Shown here piece by piece: positions 52,636 to 64,000 of a DNA stretch of 64,000 nucleotides. The DNA comes from Eledone cirrhosa (taxonomy: Eukaryota). Position 1 is the stretch's first letter, and each line of letters opens with the position of its first letter. Under the pieces are notes generated by a model. It made no database searches, had not been told where the DNA came from, and saw only the letters and a program-made list of their open reading frames with translations. The position numbers and the translations under genes were made by a program. The stretch spans positions 5,394,001-5,458,000 of the forward strand of contig OZ024761.1 in NCBI GenBank assembly GCA_964016885.1. Reading direction: 5' to 3'.

Positions 52636-53180
52636 AAATGTGAAGACATGTGGGGGACTAAATATGTGAAGACATGTGGGGGATTAAATATGTGAAGACA
52701 TGGTGGACTAAATATGTGAAGACATGGACTAAATATGTAAAGAGATGGTGGACTACATATGTGAAGACATGTGGACTAAATATGTGAAGACATGTGGACT
52801 AAATATGTGAAGACGTGGACTAAATATGTAAAGACATGTGGTGGACTAAATATGTGAAGACATGTGGTGGACTAAATATGTGAAGACATGGTGGACTAAA
52901 TATGTAAAGACATGGTGGACTAAATATGTGAAGACATGGTGGACTAAATATGTAAAGACGTGGACTAAATATGTAAAAGACATGGTGGACTAAATATGTA
53001 AAGACATGTGGTGGACTAAATATATAAAGACATGTGGTGGACTAAATATGTGAAGACATGGTGGACTAAATATGTGAAGACGTGAACTAAATATGTGAAG
53101 ACATGTGGACTAAATTTGTAAAGACATGTGGTGGACTAAATATGTGAAGACATAGTGGACTAAATATGTGAAGACATGGG
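52636..53180 (+). repeat. Minisatellite, ~23-29-bp variable unit (ggactaaatatgtgaagacatgtggt)
   Basis: Seen directly. Confidence 0.93.
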
Positions 53181-53825
53181 ATGTAGAAAAATGTGTACAG
53201 GAAAAATATTTACAATGAATGATAAATTAAGTACCAGTCCTGAACTAAGGTCAATTTTTCCTCTATAGAAAAAAACTGGCTGTGTTCAGACCTGGAAAGG
53301 GTTGGGCTCCACCAGGTTTAAAAGTGCCCTAGACAGGCTGTATGATGGTGCCTCTACAACTCTACAGGGAGTTATGGGATCTTTAGCCTTTTATCCTTAT
53401 ATATAATCATCATCATCATCATTGTTTAACGTCTATCTTCCACGCTAGCATGGGTTAGACGGGAGTTGTCCCACTTGAGGCAAGATTGGTCGGGTGACTG
53501 TGTCTCGCTTGTCTAGGACTATCTGGCAGGTTATATATATATAGAGAGAGATGAGGGATTTGTAGTTTACTCAAATATTGTATATGGTAAAAGAATTGAA
53601 AGTTTGAAAGCCAGGGCAATGCAAGATGGACGAATTGATAAGCATGTCAAATAAAACAAGATGTGTTTTTACGTTAATATATTCATATGTTCTGATATTC
53701 CTCGGAAGAAGAGATTTTAATCTCAAAATATCAGGACATATATTAAGGTAAAAACACTTCTTGTGTCATCTCACTAGTTTATTTATTCATCCATTTCGCA
53801 TTGTTGTGGCTTTCAAACTTTAATT

Positions 53826-53890
<65 letters not shown>

Positions 53891-54149
53891 GTTGTTGTAT
53901 GGGTGCAATAAATGCATCCGTAGGCGGTATAATGTTTGAGCACTCAATGCTTGCGCAGAGCAGAGTATATCGGAAGATGTGTTTTGAAAGCACTAAACAT
54001 ATCTGAGGACCTGGCGAATGCAGAGTCAGGTTTCATCTATAATTGATCCTGCCTTGAGCTGATCATCGGAGAAACATATGTAATATGCTAATAAACTCTG
54101 TTTTGATGCATCACTGATTCCTCGTTATCTATAATATATATATATATAT

Positions 54150-54418
54150 GGAGGCACATGGCTTAGTGGTTAGAGCATTGGCCTTGCAATCGAAAGGTTG
54201 TGAGTTCAATTCTCAGACCGGGTGATGTGTTGCTTCCTTGAGCAAGACACTTTATTTCACATTGCTCCAGTTTACTCAGCTGTAGAAATGAGATGATAGG
54301 GACTGGGGTCCCTATCATTCCACTGCAAAGTGGTCGTGGAGGTGCCGCGGCAAAAAAGCACCCAGCGCTCACTTGCAAGCAGGGAAAAGCGGACGTAAGA
54401 TGATGATGATGATGATGA
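54150..54418 (+). mobile_element. tRNA-CORE-RTE SINE (internally deleted copy)
   Basis: Near identity to 20132-20462. Confidence 0.85.
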
Positions 54419-54627
54419 TATATATATATGTGTGTGTGTGTGTATGTGTGTATGTAATTATATACACTTGTTTGGAGTAGAATTCCATGCTATACATAAA
54501 CACATCCATATATACATGTGTGGCTGCCGTACACATATGTATATACACTCAAGGTAATGTATATTTGTTAATTGTTGATACAAATGTAATTAGATCTATA
54601 TACATTCAGGTGAAATGTTCCATTAAG

Positions 54628-54661
<34 letters not shown>

Positions 54662-54667
<6 letters not shown>

Positions 54668-54809
54668 TCTGAAGACGGCGTATATATGTGTTGGTATGTA
54701 TATTTAATCTTGATAGTTTGTATAATTTTGTATAATTTTGTACATAGATCTGTTGAATATGCATGCCAACTCTAACACATATATATCCTAGAAACGATCG
54801 TTAAATAAT
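54662..54809 (+). ncRNA. Hammerhead-like motif with a long stem II
   Basis: attattt-CTGAAGA-[~115-nt imperfect hairpin]-GAAAC-gatc-GT-T-aaataat. Confidence 0.55.
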
Positions 54810-54857
54810 GAACTTTTTTTGTTTAATATAAGGAATTGTTTATTCATTATTTGTTTA

Positions 54858-54896
<39 letters not shown>

Positions 54897-55792
54897 AGAA
54901 CAAAGTAACTGTGTGGTTACTTGATAAAGTGTATTTAGAAATAAAAGGAAAGTAGATACATATATATATATATATGTTTGTGTGTGTATGTGTGTATATA
55001 TATATGTATATATATATGTGTGTGTGTGTGTATGCGTATATATATGTGTGTGTATGTGTATATATATGTGTGTGTGTGTGTGTATATATATATGTGTGTG
55101 TATGTATGTGTATATATATGTGTGTGTGTGTCTGTGTGTGTATGTATGTGTGTGTGTGTATGTATGCGGAATCAATCATTTATAGTTATTTACACACATA
55201 CACAGACACCCACACAGACACATACACACGAACACAGACACACACCCACTCACAGACACATACATACTCACACACACAGACACAGCCACAAAGACACATA
55301 CACACTCACACAGACAAACACACACTCAGTGTGGAACCAGTGGGTATCTAGTGTGTACCATGGTTAAGGTCAGAGGTCAACTAAATTGACATGGTGAAGA
55401 TCAGGGGTCAACCAAGCTGACATGAGGGGTCAGAGGTCAACCATTGACATGATGAAAGAGAAAGTTCACTTCAGCAGGAGTTGAGGTCACCAAACTATCT
55501 ACACAGCAGTTTACACTCACACATCATCCCCAGCATATCACTGGTACACATGATCTTCAAAACAACAATAACCCCCCCCCCCCCCATCTGCTTTGGACTT
55601 AGAAACAATAGAAGAATTAGATATTGTAAAAGGATGAATTTCCTCGGGTGGTGTCTGGGAGGTAGAGACAGTGCCTGGGAGATTGGGGTGGTGTGTGGGG
55701 ACCCGGTGTGGTGTGGTGGTCAATTAGTTCATTACTATTGCAACAGTGACCCTACAGCAAAGTGACAGTGTGATGGTGGTGGGGGGTTCCTC

Positions 55793-56575
55793 AGGTGGTG
55801 TCTGGGAGGTAGAGACAGTGTCTGGGAGATTGGGATGGTGTCTGGGAGACAGAAGGTGTCTGGGAGATTGGGATGGTGTCTGGGAGACAGAAGGTGTATG
55901 GGAGATTGGGGTGGTGTCTGGGAGACAGAAGGTGTCTGGGAGATTGGGGTGGTGTCTGGGAGACAGAAGGTGTATGGGAGATTGGGATGGTGTCTGGGAG
56001 ACAGAAGGTGTCTGGGAGATTGAGGTGGTGTCTGGGAGACAGAAGGTGTCTGGGAGATTGGGATGGTGTCTGGGAGACAGAAGGTGTCTGGGAGATTGGG
56101 GTGGTGTCTGGGAGACAGAAGGTGTCTGGGAGATTGGGATGGTGTCTGGGAGACAGAAGGTGTCTGGGAGATTGGGATGGTGTCTGGGAGACAGAAGGTG
56201 TCTGGGAGATTGGGGTGGTGTCTGGGAGACAGAAGGTGTCTGGGAGATTGGGATGGTGTCTGGGAGACAGAAGGTGTCTGGGAGATTGGGGTGGTGTCTG
56301 GGAGACAGAAGGTGTCTGGGAGATTGGGGTGGTGTCTGGGAGACAGAAGGTGTCTGGGAGATTGGGATGGTGTCTGGGAGACAGAAGGTGTCTGGGAGAT
56401 TGGGATGGTGTCTGGGAGACAGAAGGTGTCTGGGAGATTGGGGTGGTGTCTGGGAGACAGAAGGTGTCTGGGAGATTGGGATGGTGTCTGGGAGACAGAA
56501 GGTGTCTGGGAGATTGTGGTGGTGTCTGGGAGACAGAAGGTGTATGGGAGATTGGGGTGGTGCCTGGGAGATTGG
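55793..56575 (+). repeat. G-rich minisatellite, 38-bp unit, ~20 copies, bracketed by a ~110-bp direct repeat
   Basis: Unit gggagattggggtggtgtctgggagacagaaggtgtct; flanks 55673-55785 and 56565-56680 are near-identical. Confidence 0.95.
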
Positions 56576-58059
56576 GGTGGTGTGTGGGACCCCGGTGTGG
56601 TGTGGTGGTCAATTAGTTCATTACTATTGCAACAGTGACCCTACAGCAAAGTGACAGTGTGGTGGTGGTGGTGGGGGGTTAGGAGGAGGAGGCAATGATT
56701 CATTCATTGATAATTGTAAAATAACAACAACAACAACAACAACAACAGTTGTTAACCTTGAACACAGTTTCTACAGAGTGTAGCTAGTTGTTGAAGACAA
56801 TCTCTGAAATGTGGTGGTGCTGGTACACACCTCACACACACATATATACACACACACCCTCCTCACACACACATATAGACACACACCTGCCTCACACACA
56901 CACACCCGCCTCACACACACACACACCCGCCTCACACCCACACACACACACCTCACACACACATATATACACACACACACCTCACACATATATACACACA
57001 CACACCCTCCTCACACACATATATACACATACACCCCCGCCTCACACCTCACACATAGACACACACCCACCTCACACACACACACCTCACACACACACAC
57101 ACCCTCCTCACACACAATACACCCGCCTATTTCACACACACATATACACACACCCACCTCTCACACACGCACATACACACACCCACCCGCCTCTCACACA
57201 CACATACACACACCCACCTCACACAAACATATACACACACCCCCGCCCCTCACACACACATCTATGCACACAAACACACACACATCTATGCATACAAACA
57301 CACACACATCTATGCACACAAACACACACACATCTATGCATACAAACACACACACATCTATGCACACACACATACACGCACACCCATATTGCCCCCCCCC
57401 CTCTCCAGGCTGATCGATATTCAATATTCACTTCCGATAGAGATAAAGATTACACGACTTTCAATTCCCTTATTCCGTGTGATGTGATGTGAGCCATTGA
57501 TTGGCTCAGGTGGAATGACAGGAAGGTCAATTCCCAGGTAAGAAATCTGAGACGTGTTTAGGTTAGAGGGGCGGGGGGGAGTGGTGGCAGGAGGAGAAGG
57601 GGAGGTAGAGGGAGTGGTGCAGGAGGTGAAGAGGAGAGAGGGAGAGAAAAACTGAGTGAGAGTGAGAGAGAGAAAGACTGAGTGAGAGTGAGAGAGATAG
57701 ACTGAGTGAGAGGGAGAGAGAGAGACTGAGTGAGAGTGAGAGAGAGAAAGACTGAGTGAGAGGGAGAGAGAGAGACTGTGTGTGAGAGAGAGAGAGACTG
57801 TGCGTGTGAGAGAGAGAGAGAGAGAAGGGTGTGTGTGTGTGAGAGAGAGAGAGAGAAGGGTGTGTGTGTGTGAGAGAGAGATATTTCTATTATTGAATGT
57901 TATGGCAACGGGCTGAACTGATGACTTTAACCACAGGCCTGCTTGATGAGAGCTGACCGGGGTCTGAACAACTACCTACACTACACCTGATCACCATACA
58001 TGTAGCTGTGTACGACTACACCACCACCTCTATAATGGAACCACCGCCTCTCTACCACA

Positions 58060-58935
58060 TTATACCGACATCACCACCACCACCATACACATACACACCA
58101 GTCACCACCACCACCACCACTACCGCACACCAGTCACCACCACCACTACCGCACACCAGTCACCACCACACACCACCACCATCACTACCACACGCCAGTC
58201 ACCATCACTACCACACGCACACACACCACCACCACCACCATCACTACCACACACCAGTCACCACCATCACTACCGCACACCAGTCACTACCACCACTACC
58301 ACTACCACCACCACCCCCATCACCCCCACCCCCACCACTAACCATCACCACCACCAACACCACTACCACCACCATCACCATCACCACCACCACCCCCACC
58401 ACTAACCATCACCACCACCATCACCACACCACCACCAAAACCACCACCACCACCACCACCGCCACCATCACCACCGCCATCACCACCGCCACTATCACCA
58501 CCACCATCACCACCACCGCCACTATCACCACCACCATCACCACCACCACCGCCACTATCACCACCACCACCCCCATCACCCCCACCCCCACCACCATCAC
58601 CACCACCCCCACCACTAACCATCACCACCACTATCACCACACCACCACCAAAACCACCACCACCACCACCACCGCCACTATCACCACCACCATCACCACC
58701 GCCACTATCACCGCCACTATCACCACCACCATCACCACCACCGCCACTATCACCACCACCATCACCACCACCACCACCAAAACCACCACCACCACCACCA
58801 CCACCGCCACTATCACCACCACCACCACCACCGCCACCATCACCCCCACCCCCACCACCACCCCCACCCCCACCACCACCATCACCCCCACCACCACCAT
58901 CACCACCACCACCACCACCACCACCACCACCACTA
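58060..58935. repeat. (CAC)n-derived low-complexity repeat
   Basis: Seen directly. Confidence 0.95.
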
Positions 58936-59164
58936 ACGACATAGTATTACCTTCTAATTAACTGTGGATCAATATTGTGCTCATCTGTATTGTAGGTTGT
59001 GCAGGTTGGTGTCGTGTTGCACACACACGTCTCACCTTGCTGCACTGTTGCATGCATTTGCTGTGTAGGTGTCGCTACTGTTGTCGTAAGCAGAGGGCGC
59101 CACGGGTAATACGAAGAGACCTTAGCTATGTACTTCAACCCTGCCCCCATCTCTCTCAGACACA

Positions 59165-60030
59165 GATATATATATATGTATATATATTGATATGTCTCTA
59201 TGTGGGTACATGGGTGTATAATAGATATATATTGTCTATATAGATGTATATATATATATAGATATGTCTCTATGTAGGTACATGGGTGTATAATAGATAT
59301 ATATTGTCTATATAGATGTATATATATATATAGATATGTCTCTATGCAGGTACATGGGTGTATAATAGATATATATTGTCTATATATATATGTATATATA
59401 TTGATATGTCTCTATGTGGGTACATGGGTGTATAATAGATATATATATTGTCTATATAGATGTATATATATAGATATGTCTCTATGTAGGTACATGGGTG
59501 TATAATAGATATATATTGTCTATATATATATGTATATATATTGATATGTCTCTATGTGGGTACATGGGTGTATAATAGATATATATTGTCTATATAGATG
59601 TATATATATATATTGATATGTCTCTATGCAGGTACATGGGTGTATAATAGATATATATTGTCTATATAGATATATATTGTCTATATATATATATTGTCTA
59701 TATAGATGTATATATATATATATATAGATATGTCTCTATGTAGGTACATGGGTGTATAATAGATATATATTGTCTATATAGATATATATTGTCTATATAT
59801 ATATATTGTCTATATAGATGTATATATATATATATATTGATATGTCTCTATGTAGGTACATGGGTGTATAATAGATATATATTGTCTATATAGATGTATA
59901 TATATATATTGATATGTCTCTATGTAGGCACATGGGTGTATAATAGATATATATTGTCTATATAGATGTATATATATATATATATATTGATATGTCTCTA
60001 TGTAGGCACATGGGTGTATAATAGATATAT
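59165..60030 (+). repeat. AT-rich minisatellite, ~65-bp unit, ~12 copies
   Basis: Unit gatatgtctctatgtaggtacatgggtgtataatagatatatattgtctatatagatgta(ta)n. Confidence 0.93.
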
Positions 60031-60065
60031 GTTAATATGTGTGTATACACACACTTATATATGTA

Positions 60066-60137
<72 letters not shown>

Positions 60138-60523
60138 GCAAAGAGATATTTAATTTGTTGGTAATTCAACAAATATATTTATAATAATTGTTTCTACTTT
60201 AGGCACAAGGCCAGCAATTACCCAGTGCATTACTGGTACTTTATTTTAATAATAATGATAATAATAATGAAATTATTGTGTAAAGTGCTCAGGTGCACTA
60301 CAACTCGTCAAAGGTGTATGTATAGTACATAGAATAATACACAAATGTCAGGGAAGTGAATAGTGTATGAGTCATGGTATACATGTGTGTATGTGTATGG
60401 AGGGGAAATATTAGGTGTAGTGTTGGCGAATCTCGGGAAGCATGGAGGTTTTAAAGGATGCAGTGTATATTTATTGATATATATATGCAGTGTAATATTA
60501 TTGATATATATATATATATATAT

Positions 60524-60854
60524 GGAGGCACATGGCTTAGTGGTTAGAGCATTTGCCTTGTAATCGAAATGTTGTGAGTTCTGGGTGATGTGTTGTTTTC
60601 TTGAGCAAGACACTTTATTTCACATTGCTCCAGTTTACTCAGCTGTAGAAATGAGATGGTAAGGACTGGGGTCCCTATCATTCCACTGTAAAGTGGTCGT
60701 GGAGTTGCCACAGCAAAAAAGCACCCAGCCCACACTGTAAATCAGGTTGGTGTTAGGAAGGGCATCCAGCTGTAGAAATCAAGCCAGAATCAGTTCCCGT
60801 CCCACCCTTGCAAGCAGGGGAAAGAGGACGTAAAATGAAATGATGATGATGATG

Positions 60855-60856
<2 letters not shown>
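60524..60856 (+). mobile_element. tRNA-CORE-RTE SINE
   Basis: Homologous to 20132-20462. Confidence 0.85.
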
Positions 60857-60891
<35 letters not shown>

Positions 60892-60977
60892 GATCCTACC
60901 CGCGAGTGCGCAGGTGAAACTCCAGAGTAAAAAGACTCATTACTTAGCCACAAATGATCACACACACACACACGCAC

Positions 60978-61016
<39 letters not shown>

Positions 61017-61419
61017 ACTGACTGAGACTAACAACCTCACTAAATGGGAGGATGGAAGGTGTTTATAGAGAGGGCTCCTTCTGTGCTGTCAGCTTCCTAT
61101 ATAACTGCTAGAGTGGTTCTCTGTTAAACACCATCTGTTAAGGGCCTCTATGATGCTTTCACATCGATCCATGTATGGCCCCTTACTCTATACCATGCGA
61201 CCCCCACTGACTCAAGTGCGCCATTCTGAGGGCACGGGTGCCAGATTGGGCTACAACAAGTAGCAAGTAGATTACGCTAACTTATAGAATCACATGTACC
61301 TATTTCTTCAAATTAGGCTACTTAAGAGTATCGTATTTTAATGTTTAAAGAAGAAAACCTTGTGTAATATCACATCACATCCTCAACTCAGTGAATTAGA
61401 ACCAACCTACGGGCTGCCA

Positions 61420-62062
61420 TTGATTGGCAGAATCGGTAGAGCGTCAGACACCATGAACCTTTACGTTCTGAGTTCAAATCCTGCCGAGGTTAACTTTGCT
61501 TTTCATCCTTACGGGGTCGATAAAATAAAGTACCAGTAATGTACTGGGGGGGGGGGGGGTGATTGCTGGCCTTGTGCTAAGAGTAGAAACAATTATATTC
61601 CGTCAAGGTTAACTTTGCCTTTCATCCTTACGGGGTCGATAAAATAAAGTACCAGTAATGTACTGGGGAGGTAATTGCTGGCCTTGTGCCAAGAGTAGAA
61701 ACAATTATATTCCGTCGAGGTTAGCTTTGCTTTTCATCCTTACGGGGTCGATAAAATAAAGTACCAGTAATACACTGGGGCCGACTTAATCGACTTTCTC
61801 CTTACCCCAAATTGCTGGCCTTGTGCCTAAATCAGAAACCATTGTCACTACACAAGTGAACCTGTGTCGTCTATAAATAATTGTTTCTACTTTTGGCACA
61901 AGGCCAGCAATTACCCAGTGTATTACTGGTACTTTATTTTATCGACCCCGTAAGGATGAAAGGCAAAGTTAACCTAGGCGGGATTTGAACCCAGACCGTA
62001 AAGGGCCATAACTCTGCGCTGCAAAGCATGGTGTCTGACACTCTACCGATTCCTCCAAGCCA
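61420..62062. mobile_element. Cluster of Deu/Nin-like SINEs: tandem triplication (+) then an inverted full copy (-)
   Basis: Core repeated three times at 61485-61845; inverted copy 61878-62062 with TSD-like gtg(t/c)cgtctataa. Confidence 0.82.
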
Positions 62063-62761
62063 CCAGTGCCGTCTATAATGACGCCAATAGTGTTGATTGT
62101 ATTTCATATTGGGTGGTCAGGGTTGGTATGTCATATATACCAGGATTACTGAATATATGAACTGTCATAGAAACTGGGGAATTTTAATAAGTTACTGGTT
62201 TGCATAAGAGAAACCCTATAGTTTATGTAAATTAGTAACACACGGAAGAGATTCAAGTCAAGAATGATATTTTAGGAATTTATTTCTAGGACGTAATTCC
62301 ATAAATGGTCAGTGTGTGTGTGTGTGTATATATATGTGTGTGTGTGTGTGTATATGCGTCTGTGTGTGTATATATATATATATATATGTGTGTGGGTATG
62401 TGTATGTGTGTTTGTGTATATGTGTGTGTGTATAGATATGTGTATGTGTATATATAATATATATATATATTATGTGTGTGTGTACTTATGCGTGTATGTG
62501 TATATATATGTATGTGTATGTATATGCGTCTGTCTGTATGTATAGATGTGTGTATATGCGTGTGTGTGTGTGTGAGTGTGTATATGTGTGTGTGTGTGTG
62601 AGTGTGTATATGTGTGTTTGTGTATATGTGTGTGTGTGTGTATGTGCGTCCATATATCTGAATCTGTGTGTACATGTATTTTTTCCATTATTTTAATTCA
62701 GCCTCACTTTCATTTTTAATAGATTTTCATTTCAAATCTTATATCCATAACATAACTATTT

Positions 62762-62825
62762 CATCTGATGAGCGTACTGGACATTTCTGTCAGGATCGTC
62801 TAGTTTCCTGAAACCTTTGGTAATG
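62762..62825 (+). ncRNA. Hammerhead-like motif
   Basis: cat-CTGATGA-[actggac...gtctagt stem]-GAAAC-c ttt g-GT-A-atg. Confidence 0.5.
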
Positions 62826-63134
62826 GAATAATTATATTGTGTTGTTTATTATGTAATTAAATAGCTCTGTATTATATATAGAGCACTCTTCTTTCCTTTA
62901 CCTTTTCTACTGAAATATAACACACACACACAAATATATATATATATATATATATATACAAATGAATATATGGATAAAACACTAATACAAGTATATAAGT
63001 GTTTGTATTGCAAATGACCAAGTTAGCTAGAGTGGGTAATAGGAAAATGTATGACCCCGACGGCAGAGCTCAAGCCGTTTCGACGGCTATTTCTGGACTC
63101 TTCAGTCGGAGTCATACATTTTTCTATATATATA

Positions 63135-63600
63135 TCATCATCATCATCATCATCATCAGGTTTAGCGTCCGTGTTCCACGCTTGCATGGGTTTGGACGGG
63201 GGTTTTTCCCACTTGAGGCAAGAGTGGTTGTCTTGCTCGCATAGGACTGTCTGGCGGTTTTCTACAGCTGGATGCCCTTCCTAACACCAACCACATTTAC
63301 AGTGTGGGGCTGGGAGGTTTTTACCGTGTTGCCTACACGGCCACATTACAGCGTGGACTGTCTGGCGGGTTTTCTACAGCTGGATGCCCTTCCTAACACC
63401 AACCACATTTACAGTGTGGGGCTGGGAGGTTTTTACCGTGTTGCCTACACGGCCACATTACAGCGTGGACTGTCTGGCGGGTTTTCTACAGCTGGATGCC
63501 CTTCCTAACACCAACCACATTTACAGTGTGGGGCTGGGAGGTTTTTACCGTGTTGCCTACACGGCCACATTTACAGCGTGGACTGTGTGTTTTTTTATCG
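63135..63600 (-). mobile_element. RTE-related SINE-like element with an internal ~112-bp segment triplicated
   Basis: (CAT)n tail at 63135; unit ...ggatgcccttcctaacaccaaccacatttacagtgtgggg... x3. Confidence 0.8.
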
Positions 63601-63749
63601 TGACACCTACATATATATATATACACACACTTGCATAGAAGTATCCATGATCCCCAACAGACAACTGACGAAGAACATTTTCTCCCGTTCTTGCTTTCCT
63701 CTTATTTATAAGTACACCTTATCCAGCATCTACACAGTCCCTGTTTCTT

Positions 63750-63784
<35 letters not shown>

Positions 63785-64000
63785 TTGAAGATTACAAGTA
63801 TCTTGGCTCATATATCTCCTCCTCCAAAAAAGATTTTCTAACCAGGAAGGGTATGGCATGGTCAGCGTGCAATGACATGCACGCCATATGGACATCTCAA
63901 CTTACCAACAAGCTAAAACTGGAAATATTCCAAGCAACCATTAAGCCCATATTACTTTATGGATCCGAAACTTGGACACTAACATCACAACTTGAGAGGA

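Noticed and set aside
58008-58961. Mucin-like Thr/Pro/His-rich ORF (also 33770-34450)
   Set aside because: (CAC)n microsatellite on the strand opposite to the MMP gene; no signal peptide or exon structure.

Overview
Eukaryotic (animal) genomic DNA, very repeat-rich. The SINE families and (TA)n/(CA)n/(CAT)n microsatellites suggest a cephalopod mollusc (octopus-like); this is inference. Two convergent spliced genes are present, both lacking their 5' exons in this window: the last three coding exons of delta-tubulin (TUBD1, + strand, stop at 14643) and seven coding exons of a matrix metalloproteinase with catalytic and hemopexin domains and a hydrophobic, GPI-signal-like tail (- strand, 52020 to 33623). 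Between them is a decayed Mag-type Ty3/Gypsy LTR element (16482-24331) with nested SINE/LINE insertions. An MMP intron holds an apparently intact Tx1/L1-clade LINE (42175-47815) sitting inside a TTAA-flanked MITE that carries an internal minisatellite. About 20 minisatellite arrays cover roughly a third of the window, and many are local amplifications of identifiable transposon parts (MITE termini, an LTR terminus, the RT YxDD codons, a SINE CORE domain). Also present: several Penelope-type hammerhead ribozyme motifs, an RTE LINE/SINE pair with a shared 3' tail, a non-autonomous Helitron, and a candidate alternative first exon for the MMP. Most long ORFs in the supplied track are repeat artefacts. 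Coordinates were read by eye; repeat boundaries and copy numbers are approximate.
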